From an uncultured Acidobacteriota bacterium (GTDB lineage Bacteria; Acidobacteriota; UBA6911; RPQK01; JAPXNP01), in contig CAVZRV010000007.1 of assembly GCA_963777605.1 (NCBI GenBank), positions 608,001-672,000 on the forward strand: a stretch of DNA of 64,000 bases, read 5' to 3'. This document shows, piece after piece, positions 41,741 to 50,270 of the stretch (within the stretch, counting starts at the first letter, position 1; the number at the start of each line of letters is the position of its first letter). The notes under the pieces are model-generated. The model was not told where the DNA came from, made no database searches, and worked only from the letters and a program-made list of their open reading frames with translations. Both the position numbers and the translations under genes were made by a program.

Positions 41741-42059
41741 CCCAGACCTCCCTACAGAGCCCGCTACATGGTTCGGCGAAGCGCTACAGGTTTCGAACAA
41801 GTTAACAACGGATCTAAACACAAAGAGCAATAATGAGGATGGATTTTATTTTACTTTCATACTCCGAATCAAGTACCCGGGCCGATATCTTCAGACGTGT
41901 AATCTGGCTCGGACCGGGCCTTCCCAACCGGGGCAACGCCTCGATCTGTCGTAACCGGCTGCAGACACAAAGAATCCCCATGTGCACCGCTCCCACGCAA
42001 AGGCGAGTCTCTGCGGGAAACTCAGATTGGGTAACGCTTTCGAGAAACTGAAGATTCCT

Positions 42060-43487
42060 CTACCGGGACGGCCAGAACACCGCATGGAAACCCGGATGAG
42101 TCTTCTGCTCGAGCGGGAGGCGAACGACTGGGCCCTTTCCCAGTTCGAATGCAGGTACCAGAAGAAACGAGACTCGATCCGCTTGGGAATCATACTCCTG
42201 AATGATGATCATTCCTTCAGTTTCGTTTCCTGTTTTTCCAACGAAAACCGGCTCACCTCCGAAATAGCAGCCGGGAAGCGCCTTGTAAATCTCATCCACA
42301 GCGCCGGAAGCCCAGTCCCCGCGAACCAGTTGGTCGAAGAACTTCCGCCCGGGCGACCCGGCATCGGAAATCCCAAGCATCCAGAAGTTGTCATACTCGC
42401 CGCCCACTTGCGAGGGAATCACCGAGGGGAAGTCGGGAGAACGGTCGTAGGTCATTTCCCACCGCGCAACCAGTTCGCCCGTCGAAAGATCGATCACGTA
42501 TCGAACCGGGCGGCCGCGATCGATGTTCTGGTAGAACTCGGGCACCGGCTGGTACTCGGGATAGACGGGCCGTCGGTACTCGACAATGTCCAGGTAGAAG
42601 CGGTCGCCGGCCTCGAAAGCATTGATCAGGTGCAGGCAATGTCCGCCTTCCAGGTCAATCTTAATCGAATCACGGTCCCGTCCGATCCGGGGAACGATCA
42701 ATATGTAACTTCCCTTTTCCGGCCGCCACTCGAGCGCTTCCATGACCGAGGCGCCTTCGTTCCAAAACCGGCCGAAGTCCAGCTCGAGAGGACTGAGGAA
42801 GAAGGCCGCGTAGTTGGCCGTGATGGCAAAGTCATGATTGGTGTGAGGCGCCTCGACCGGGAATCTCCTGCGGCCAAGCAGCACTCCGTCAGGACTGAAC
42901 TCGTAGAGATACAAAACCGGGTGAGTCGTCGAGAAGCTGATCCCGAAGTTGAGCATGTTGCCGCTCGCGGGATCAAACTTCGCGTGTGCAGCAAACGGGC
43001 TGACGTCGTTCAACCGGCCCCCGAAATCAAACTCGGCACGCGTCTCGAGGCTCTCCGGATCGAGTTCATACGGAATCGACTGCTCGGCGAACGCGAGCAG
43101 TCGATCGCCCAGGGGATAGATGCTCACATTGACCGGGGGCTCGAGCATGACTTTCCGGCGAAGGACGTCGCCCTCAAACCCCGTGCCGAAGGTCCGATAA
43201 ATCGCTTTTCCGGCGGCTTCCTCCTCCCGGAGTTTCCGCGTCTTGACATATCGGCTGGTGAAGTGGACGCCACTCGAATCGAACCGCAGGGCGCGTACCA
43301 TCCCGTCTCCGTCGAGCCAATGGCGGTACTTCACTCCGCCACGCTGGAATCGAGCCGGCCCGTTTACGTAGTAGGTACCGCGCAGCCAGGTGGGGATTTG
43401 GCCCCCTTCCGGAACAATAGATTGCGCCGCTTCAGCCTCCTCAAACAGGATCCATGACTCGATGCCGGGGGCAAAGTCCGTCGTCAT
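42060..43487 (-). CDS. Carotenoid oxygenase (RPE65/lignostilbene dioxygenase) family protein
   Basis: GTYYVNGP and HWLDGDGM; four candidate Fe-ligand His (FAAHAK, NHDF, CLHLINA, GFHA); GEPVFV. Confidence 0.93.
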   Translation of the reverse strand: MTTDFAPGIESWILFEEAEAAQSIVPEGGQIPTWLRGTYYVNGPARFQRGGVKYRHWLDGDGMVRALRFDSSGVHFTSRYVKTRKLREEEAAGKAIYRTFGTGFEGDVLRRKVMLEPPVNVSIYPLGDRLLAFAEQSIPYELDPESLETRAEFDFGGRLNDVSPFAAHAKFDPASGNMLNFGISFSTTHPVLYLYEFSPDGVLLGRRRFPVEAPHTNHDFAITANYAAFFLSPLELDFGRFWNEGASVMEALEWRPEKGSYILIVPRIGRDRDSIKIDLEGGHCLHLINAFEAGDRFYLDIVEYRRPVYPEYQPVPEFYQNIDRGRPVRYVIDLSTGELVARWEMTYDRSPDFPSVIPSQVGGEYDNFWMLGISDAGSPGRKFFDQLVRGDWASGAVDEIYKALPGCYFGGEPVFVGKTGNETEGMIIIQEYDSQADRVSFLLVPAFELGKGPVVRLPLEQKTHPGFHAVFWPSR

Positions 43488-43644
43488 CACCTTAATGTCC
43501 TTTCCTGGGAAAAACGAAGATGCATATTTATATTCATAATCACCCCCTGGATTCAACAAATTCCGCAAGGTTCGACCGGCTCACCTTTACAGATGAGCGC
43601 TTCAACCGTTTCACAATTCGGGCGGAAGGGGACAGAATGGTTGC

Positions 43645-44040
43645 ATGAAGACTGAATTGGGCATCTCGACGCAGCGACGCATCCAACTGAAGAGCATCAC
43701 TCGACAAGTCCAGGAAGAAGTTGACAAGACGGGCATTCAGAACGGGGTCTGCGTGGTCTTCAATCCGCACACTACAGGAGGGCTTGTGATCAATGAGAAT
43801 GCCGACCCGGATGTCGCCACGGACCTCGAACGGGCGTTCGAGGAAATGGTTCCGTCGGTCCCGTTTCGACACGCAGAGGGCAACTCTCCAGCGCACTTGC
43901 TGTCTTGCGTTGCCGGGCATTCACTGCAGATTGTCGTCGAAGGGGGCCAGCTTCAACTGGGAACGTGGCAGGGCGTCTACTTCTGCGAATTCGACGGTCC
44001 CCGCCACCGCAAAGTCTGGATCAAAGTGCTCGCCGACTGA
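43645..44040 (+). CDS. yjbQ: YjbQ/UPF0047 family protein
   Basis: HTTGGLVINENADPDV, HAEGNSPAH and LGTWQGVYFCEFDGPR. Confidence 0.93.
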   Translation: MKTELGISTQRRIQLKSITRQVQEEVDKTGIQNGVCVVFNPHTTGGLVINENADPDVATDLERAFEEMVPSVPFRHAEGNSPAHLLSCVAGHSLQIVVEGGQLQLGTWQGVYFCEFDGPRHRKVWIKVLAD

Positions 44041-44043
44041 GGC

Positions 44044-45045
44044 TCAGTCGTGCTGAAATGCCGCATCGAACGCCAAACCCGAGGGTTTGAAATCCATCCT
44101 TTTGACGAACGCGGCTGCTTCGGTTGCTCCGTGCTCCCGGTCCATGTTGGCATCTTCCCACTCGACTGACAGCGGGCCGTCATAGCCGATTTCGTTGAGA
44201 GTACGGATGATCTCCTCGAACTGTATCTTGCCCCGCCCCAGGGAACGGAAATCCCAGAACCGGTCGGGGTGTCCGAAATCCATGTGACCTCCAAACACGC
44301 CGGCGCGGGTGGGGCGATCGGACCAATAGACATCCTTCATGTGCGTGTGGAATATCCGATCCCTGAAAGTTCTCAAAAACGCGATATAGTCGACTCCCTG
44401 GTAGCCGAAATGACTCGGATCGTAGTTGAACCCGAACGCCGGATGATTCTCGACCGCCGCCAGTGCCCGTTCCGCGGAGGAGATGTCGAAGGCAATTTCG
44501 GTGGGGTGCACTTCCAGTCCAAACTTGATCCCAAACTTGTTGAAGACTTCCAGGATGGGGAGAAACCTGCGGCCAAAATCGGCGAAGCCCTCCCGGATCT
44601 TCTGAGGGGACACGGGGGGGAAGGAATAGAGGTAGGGCCAGATAGAGCTCCCGGTGAAACCATTGACTATTGAGACTCCGAAGGCAGCGGCAGCCTCCGC
44701 CGTTCGCATCAACTCCTCGGCGGCTCGACTCCTCACCCCTTCCGGGTCGCCGTCGCCCCAGACATGTTCAGGAACGATCGCCTGGTGGCGCTCGTCGATC
44801 TGATCGCAAACCGCCTGTCCCACCAGGTGGTTGCTGAGGGCAAAGCACTTCAGTCCGTGCTCGTTGAGGACTTCCCACTTTCGATGACAATAGTCGGGAT
44901 CTTTCAGTGCTTTCGAGACTTCAAAATGGTCTCCCCAGCAGGCCAGTTCCACTCCGTCATATCCGAAGGCTTTGGCTTTCTCGCAGATGGTCTCGAATTT
45001 CAAGTCGGCCCACTGTCCCGTAAAGAGCGTTACCGGTCTGGACAT
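44044..45045 (-). CDS. Sugar phosphate isomerase/epimerase (xylose-isomerase-like TIM barrel)
   Basis: [28 protein letters not shown] and SVEWED. Confidence 0.92.
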   Translation of the reverse strand: MSRPVTLFTGQWADLKFETICEKAKAFGYDGVELACWGDHFEVSKALKDPDYCHRKWEVLNEHGLKCFALSNHLVGQAVCDQIDERHQAIVPEHVWGDGDPEGVRSRAAEELMRTAEAAAAFGVSIVNGFTGSSIWPYLYSFPPVSPQKIREGFADFGRRFLPILEVFNKFGIKFGLEVHPTEIAFDISSAERALAAVENHPAFGFNYDPSHFGYQGVDYIAFLRTFRDRIFHTHMKDVYWSDRPTRAGVFGGHMDFGHPDRFWDFRSLGRGKIQFEEIIRTLNEIGYDGPLSVEWEDANMDREHGATEAAAFVKRMDFKPSGLAFDAAFQHD

Positions 45046-45101
45046 TCCTTCCTCCTTTGACTTCCTGCAGAGGCATCTTCCCCGAGAGGAGCCTCTCCCC
45101 A

Positions 45102-45911
45102 CTACATCATCAATTGTTCGAACAGCTCGTCCGGCTCGTAGCGAAGCCCAATGTAAAACAACCCGAACTCCGCGAACCGGGCGCTCGCTTCGTCGTACCG
45201 CATCTCGTAAAGCAGTTTCTTGAAGAAATAAGGGTCATCGGCAAAAAGGGTGACGCCCCACTCCCAGTCATCGAGGCCGATCGAACCGGTCACCAGCTGC
45301 CGCACGGTAGCGTGAAACCGCCGACCGGTGATGGCGTGCCCGGCCATGAATTCCTTCCGGGCATCGAAATCGAGGAGGTACCAGTTCTCCCGGTCTCCCC
45401 GCTGCTTGTTCATGGGGTAGAAGCAGAAAACCCGGTGATCGGGCAGCTTTGGGTAGAGGCGATCATTAATGTAGACCTGCATGCGCGCCTTGAAGTCGCC
45501 CATCTTCTGCTGATAGAGGGCAGAGTCCGGCTCGAGACCTTCCTTCTCGCGCAAGGTCCGATCGTAGTCCTTGTCCTGGGACATGTATTCGGAAATTTCG
45601 CTGACCGAGATGAACGAATCAACCCGCCGGAGCACTCCCGCTCCCAGAGCCGAAGCCAGTTCGTACTCGGTCCGGTTGAGATGCCTGAGATCGGGATCCA
45701 CCAGCATCACCGCAAGATCGGCCTTGAGGCCCCAGATCGAGTAGACGTTGGCCTGGCAATTCTGACCGGCGCGAAACGAATCGATCAACTCGCGGAACTT
45801 CGCCTTTCGCTCGCCTTGTTCCTCGCTGCCGAGCGAGTCCCAAAGCAAGCGGTCAACTTCAAAAAACAGGTGAGATACAAACCATCCTTCGTGAGCATTT
45901 ATGGGATCCAT
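45102..45911 (-). CDS. hemQ: Coproheme decarboxylase / chlorite dismutase family protein
   Basis: [20 protein letters not shown] and [15 protein letters not shown]; [16 protein letters not shown]. Confidence 0.88.
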   Translation of the reverse strand: MDPINAHEGWFVSHLFFEVDRLLWDSLGSEEQGERKAKFRELIDSFRAGQNCQANVYSIWGLKADLAVMLVDPDLRHLNRTEYELASALGAGVLRRVDSFISVSEISEYMSQDKDYDRTLREKEGLEPDSALYQQKMGDFKARMQVYINDRLYPKLPDHRVFCFYPMNKQRGDRENWYLLDFDARKEFMAGHAITGRRFHATVRQLVTGSIGLDDWEWGVTLFADDPYFFKKLLYEMRYDEASARFAEFGLFYIGLRYEPDELFEQLMM

Positions 45912-45995
45912 ATTAGGGCTACTATAGGCCAGGAGCCCAGGGCAAGGCAAAGTCCCCGGGCTCAGAAGAACCGGGAAAAAGGGTATGATGTTTTC

Positions 45996-47051
45996 ATGAA
46001 TTTTCGCTGGTCATTGCTCTTTCTGGCGATGGGTCTGTTCCAGTTGACGGTCTGTGCTGCTGAGAAGGAAAAGCCTGCCGCCACGGCGCGCGGAATCGAA
46101 ATTGACTGGGATGCCCTCAACCTTGCCGTGCAGCCCGATCTGGAAAAGCTCGAACTCGAACGGCTTCGATTCGATGCCGAGTTGAAGAAGAAAAGGCAGG
46201 ACCTGATCGAAGGCAAGTTGAAGGAACTCATGGGACAGAAGGTTCTGGAAGCGGAAGCGGCCGCACAGAACACCACCACCGCCGAACTCGCCAAGAAGGC
46301 GGGCGAGGATGTGGAAGCCCCGACGGCGGAAGAGATCGACCGGGTCTACGAGGCTAATAAGGACCGGTTCAAACAGCCTCGAGAGGAGATCCTGCCCAGA
46401 ATTGAAACATTCCTTCGACAGCAGAAATCCCGACAGGCTTTTGTGGCCTACATGCAGAAGCTCACGGAAGAGTACGGGGCCAAGTACAACATTGAGCCGC
46501 TTCGGTTTGAGATCGCGACTGAGGGATTCCCGACCATTGGCGACGACTCGGCGCCCGTGACGATCGTCGAATTCTCTGATTTCCAATGCCCCTACTGCGC
46601 CCAAGTTGGACCAACCCTCAAGAAAATCACCGAAGACTACAGTGGCAAGGTCAGACTTATCTTCAGGCAGTTCCCTCTCACCAATATCCACAAGCAAGCC
46701 GAGACCGCGGCCGAGGCCAGCCTCTGTGCTGCCGATCAGGGCAAGTTCTGGGAAATGCACGACGCCATGTTCGCCGACCAGAAGAGCCTCACCGAAGACC
46801 TGCTCAAGGAGAAAGCGACCGAACTCGGGCTCGATGATGAGGCGTTCAACAGCTGCATGGACTCCAAGAACCACCTCAAGGCAATCGAAGCCGATGTTCG
46901 AGCCGGAGTTGAAGTAGGGGTCACCGGCACACCCGCGTTCTTCATCAACGGCCGACCGCTGAGCGGAGCCCAGACCTACGAGAAGATCGCCGAGGTCATC
47001 GACGAGGAACTGACCACTACCGCGGCCGGTCAGCAAGCCCAGGTCCACTGA
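45996..47051 (+). CDS. Exported DsbA-family thioredoxin-fold protein with a SurA-like N-domain
   Basis: Signal peptide, EFSDFQCPYC and GVTGTPAFFING. Confidence 0.92.
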   Translation: MNFRWSLLFLAMGLFQLTVCAAEKEKPAATARGIEIDWDALNLAVQPDLEKLELERLRFDAELKKKRQDLIEGKLKELMGQKVLEAEAAAQNTTTAELAKKAGEDVEAPTAEEIDRVYEANKDRFKQPREEILPRIETFLRQQKSRQAFVAYMQKLTEEYGAKYNIEPLRFEIATEGFPTIGDDSAPVTIVEFSDFQCPYCAQVGPTLKKITEDYSGKVRLIFRQFPLTNIHKQAETAAEASLCAADQGKFWEMHDAMFADQKSLTEDLLKEKATELGLDDEAFNSCMDSKNHLKAIEADVRAGVEVGVTGTPAFFINGRPLSGAQTYEKIAEVIDEELTTTAAGQQAQVH

Positions 47052-47057
47052 GCCCTT

Positions 47058-48524
47058 CTAGGGCTGCCGTTCGAGGAACTGGGCGGATTCCCGGCGGATG
47101 ATCTCCCAGGCCTTGACGATGTGAGCCCGCGTCGTCTTGATGTTCCCGATGGCGAGACGAATGGTGAACTTCCCCCGCAAGCGCGTGTGCGAAACGAAAA
47201 TCTCCCCGTCCCGGTTGATTGCCTCGATGAGGGATTCGTTGAAACGGTCGATCGCCTCGGGCGACTGGCGCTCGAGGGCTCGGGGAACGGCCCGGAAACA
47301 GACCGTGCTGAAGGGAACCGGCGCCAGTCGCTCGAAGTCCGGGTCTTCGTCAATCCACTCGGCCAGCTCCTTTGCCCAGGAAACGTGTTCCCGGATTCTG
47401 GCCGCAATCCCCTCCACTCCAAAGTAACGAATGACCATCCACAATTTAAGGGCTCGAAATCGGCGTCCCAGCTGGATCCCATAGTCCATGAAATTGGTGG
47501 CCGCTTCACTACTCTTCAGGTATTCCGGAACCAGGGAGAATGCCTCTCTCAAAACTTCGGGTCGCCGGCAAAAGAAGACGCTGCAGTCGATCGGCGTGAA
47601 AAGCCACTTGTGGGGATTCACCACGATCGAATCCGCATCCTCACAGCCACGCAAGACCCACCTCAACTCCGGGACCACGGCGGCCGGACCGCCATATGCT
47701 CCATCGACGTGGAGCCACAATCCAAAGCGCCGGCAGATCGGGGCGATCTTGTCAACGGGATCCACACTCGTGGTGGATGTCGTCCCCACCGTCGCGGTCA
47801 CGCAGAAAGGCAGCCATCCGTCCCTGAGATCTTCTTCAATTGCGGACTCCAGAAGATCCGGCCGCATCCGAAATTCGTCATCGACGCCAACCTTCCGGAC
47901 TCCCTCCAGGCCGATTCCGAGTGCCAGGGCCGCCTTTTCCACTGACGAGTGCGCCTGCTCCGAGGCGTATGCCCTGAGCCGCGTCTGCATCCCGCAGAGA
48001 CCTTTCTTTCTGGAATCCCAGCTTTCAATCGCCTGGCGCGCTGCCGCCAGCGCATGAAACGTTGAGATCGACGCGGTGTCGTAAATGATTCCCCAGAACT
48101 GCTCCGGCAGTCCCAGCATCTGCCTGAGCCAGTCCAGAACAGCTTCCTCCAGTTCGGTGGCCGCCGGCGAGGTCCTCCAGAGCATGCCGTTGACGTTGAG
48201 GGCCGCGCTGATCAACTCCCCGAGGATTCCCGGGCCGGAACCGGAGATCGAAAAATAGGCGTGGAAGGAAGGATGATTCCAGTGCGTGATGCCGGGCAGG
48301 ATTACCCGTTCCACGTCGTCCAGAATCCGGTCCATCGGCTCCGCCTCGGCTGGAGGAGCACCAGGAATCTTCTGCCGGATGTCCCCTGGATTGCAACGGG
48401 ACAGCACCGGGTAGCGCTCCATTCCGCTGAGGTAGTCCGCGACCCAATCGATGATCTGATGGCCCGAACGCCGAAACTCCTCGGCACTCATGTCCCCGAG
48501 CCTGGTTCCTTGCTGTTGGCTCAT
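47058..48524 (-). CDS. PLP-dependent aromatic-L-amino-acid decarboxylase family protein
   Basis: PGITHWNHP, SPAATELE, AHSSVEKA, HVDGAYG and NPHKW. Confidence 0.93.
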   Translation of the reverse strand: MSQQQGTRLGDMSAEEFRRSGHQIIDWVADYLSGMERYPVLSRCNPGDIRQKIPGAPPAEAEPMDRILDDVERVILPGITHWNHPSFHAYFSISGSGPGILGELISAALNVNGMLWRTSPAATELEEAVLDWLRQMLGLPEQFWGIIYDTASISTFHALAAARQAIESWDSRKKGLCGMQTRLRAYASEQAHSSVEKAALALGIGLEGVRKVGVDDEFRMRPDLLESAIEEDLRDGWLPFCVTATVGTTSTTSVDPVDKIAPICRRFGLWLHVDGAYGGPAAVVPELRWVLRGCEDADSIVVNPHKWLFTPIDCSVFFCRRPEVLREAFSLVPEYLKSSEAATNFMDYGIQLGRRFRALKLWMVIRYFGVEGIAARIREHVSWAKELAEWIDEDPDFERLAPVPFSTVCFRAVPRALERQSPEAIDRFNESLIEAINRDGEIFVSHTRLRGKFTIRLAIGNIKTTRAHIVKAWEIIRRESAQFLERQP

Positions 48525-48558
48525 CGCAGCTCCGCTCCCCGGTTGATCAAACCCCGCT

Positions 48559-49041
48559 TCAGCCAACAAGGCTCTCGTAACCGAGCATTTTGCGCAGATA
48601 GCCCATTTGGCCAATGTGGTAGCTCTCGTGGTAAACAAAAAACGCCAGGGCCCCGCGGACCGACTTGTCCTCGACCGGAAAGGTGTGCGGCGACCTGGCA
48701 TACAGCAACGATGGTTCCACCTGGCTCAACTGCTCCTGAAGTCGCTTGCTCACCTCGTCCCACACCGAAAGGATTTCACTGATTGCCGGATAGGACGACG
48801 GCTCCTTGATCGCGGCGCCTTTCGCAAAATTGTCGGACCAGGGAAAATCAAAGTCTCTCCCGGCGAGCTTCAGCATGCGGGCACGCGAAAGTGTGAGGTG
48901 GCCGGCAATCCAAAGCATCGAACTGGAGTCGGGGCCGCCCCTCCGGTTGAGCTCTTCAAGGCTGAGACCGCTCACGGCGTCCTTCATAAGATGATCGCCT
49001 ACCTGTAAATGATTGGACACTATGCTCAGGACTGGATCCAT
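48559..49041 (-). CDS. DinB family protein
   Basis: SMLWIAGHL and HESYHIGQ metal-binding motif. Confidence 0.88.
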   Translation of the reverse strand: MDPVLSIVSNHLQVGDHLMKDAVSGLSLEELNRRGGPDSSSMLWIAGHLTLSRARMLKLAGRDFDFPWSDNFAKGAAIKEPSSYPAISEILSVWDEVSKRLQEQLSQVEPSLLYARSPHTFPVEDKSVRGALAFFVYHESYHIGQMGYLRKMLGYESLVG

Positions 49042-49230
49042 CGTAGTTCTCCCGGAAGTTCCGCGTTTCCAAACGCCTACACTCTATCAGCGATGGTCCC
49101 GGACACTCAAACCGGCCTGCTGCCTTCTCCGGCGGCTTGCCCGGGGATTGCCCCTCCTGTAAGATTGAACCGCTAACATATTGATAACACACAAGAAACA
49201 TGCTCACTCAGAAAGATCGGGGACACTGCA

Positions 49231-50175
49231 ATGAAGGTGAATGCTGCCGTCGACGTTGGGGGTCACAATATCCGTTGCTGGATTGCTGATGAGTCGGGAA
49301 CAGTTCTTTCGAAACACACCGAAGCTACTGCCCGAGAAGCGGCATCTGCCGAGGAGAATCTCGCCACTGTGACTCAAATTGTCACGAGCCTCGGGCAATC
49401 GATTCCGGGGAGTGAACTGAGGTGTGTTTCCCTGGGAATCCCCGGGGTCGTCGACACGGACACGGGCGTTGTCGTGCTGGTTCCCAACGTCCCCCACTGG
49501 TCCGGCTTGAACATCCGGGAAATCCTCCAGGATCGTTTCAACACTCCCGTTCTTCTGGACAATGACGTCAACCTGGCAGCACAGGGAGAGTACTGGAAGG
49601 GAGCGGCCGAGGGCTGCCGCAATTTCCTGTTCATTGCCCTGGGAACCGGGATCGGAGGTGGGGTCTTCGTGGACGGCAAACCCTATCACGGGACTCACTT
49701 CTCCGCCGGCGAAATCGGCTACCTCGCCCTGGCACCCGGACAGCCCGATCGACGCATTGGAGACCTGGGCTGGTTCGAATCCGTGGCTTCGGGCATGGCA
49801 GTTGACATCGCAGGGACCCGGTCGGCCGAGGTCCAACCGGACTCCCGCCTCGGCCGGCTGGCCGCTGAAGGAACTGAAATCAAGTCGATTCAGGTATTTG
49901 AAGCTGCTCGCGAAGGCGACGCCGAGGCTCTTCGGATCGTGGATGATGTCAGTGAGTACATCGCGCTCGCGGTCGTCAACGCGACTGCCCTGCTTGATCC
50001 CGAAATCATCGTCTTTGGCGGAGGCATGGGCAAACAAGGCGACTTCCTCCTGGATCGGGTGCGCACCGAGGCAGAGCGCTACGGGCTTCCGGTCCCGCCT
50101 CTGCGGGTCAGCCAACTCGGCGAGCAGTCGCAACTCTACGGGGCGCTGCACGCGGCGCTCACGTTGAACCGGTGA
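49231..50175 (+). CDS. ROK-family sugar kinase
   Basis: DVGG, DNDVNLAA, GTGIGGG and AGEIGY; no N-terminal HTH. Confidence 0.92.
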   Translation: MKVNAAVDVGGHNIRCWIADESGTVLSKHTEATAREAASAEENLATVTQIVTSLGQSIPGSELRCVSLGIPGVVDTDTGVVVLVPNVPHWSGLNIREILQDRFNTPVLLDNDVNLAAQGEYWKGAAEGCRNFLFIALGTGIGGGVFVDGKPYHGTHFSAGEIGYLALAPGQPDRRIGDLGWFESVASGMAVDIAGTRSAEVQPDSRLGRLAAEGTEIKSIQVFEAAREGDAEALRIVDDVSEYIALAVVNATALLDPEIIVFGGGMGKQGDFLLDRVRTEAERYGLPVPPLRVSQLGEQSQLYGALHAALTLNR

Positions 50176-50270
50176 ACCCCGGGATGACCTGCCCGTGCCT
50201 GGCGAACGATTGGATGCGATAATCTACTAGGTCAGATGTGGAATGCACCCACCCCGGAAGAGGTCCAATC

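Noticed and set aside
41741-42059. Riboswitch or leader peptide upstream of the first ASPIC gene
   Set aside because: Partly AT-rich and promoter-like, but no recognisable RNA motif or supported ORF.
34014-43457. Long plus-strand ORFs (376, 403, 474 and 491 aa) opposite the ASPIC cluster
   Set aside because: Typical antisense frames of GC-rich genes; no motifs.
29062-43487. Canonical enediyne gene cluster
   Set aside because: No iterative type I PKSE, thioesterase E10, or UnbL/UnbU homologue is visible in the window.
45057-45995. Apparent 664-aa DsbA with a long N-terminal extension
   Set aside because: The extension is the antisense of hemQ; the signal peptide starts at 45996.
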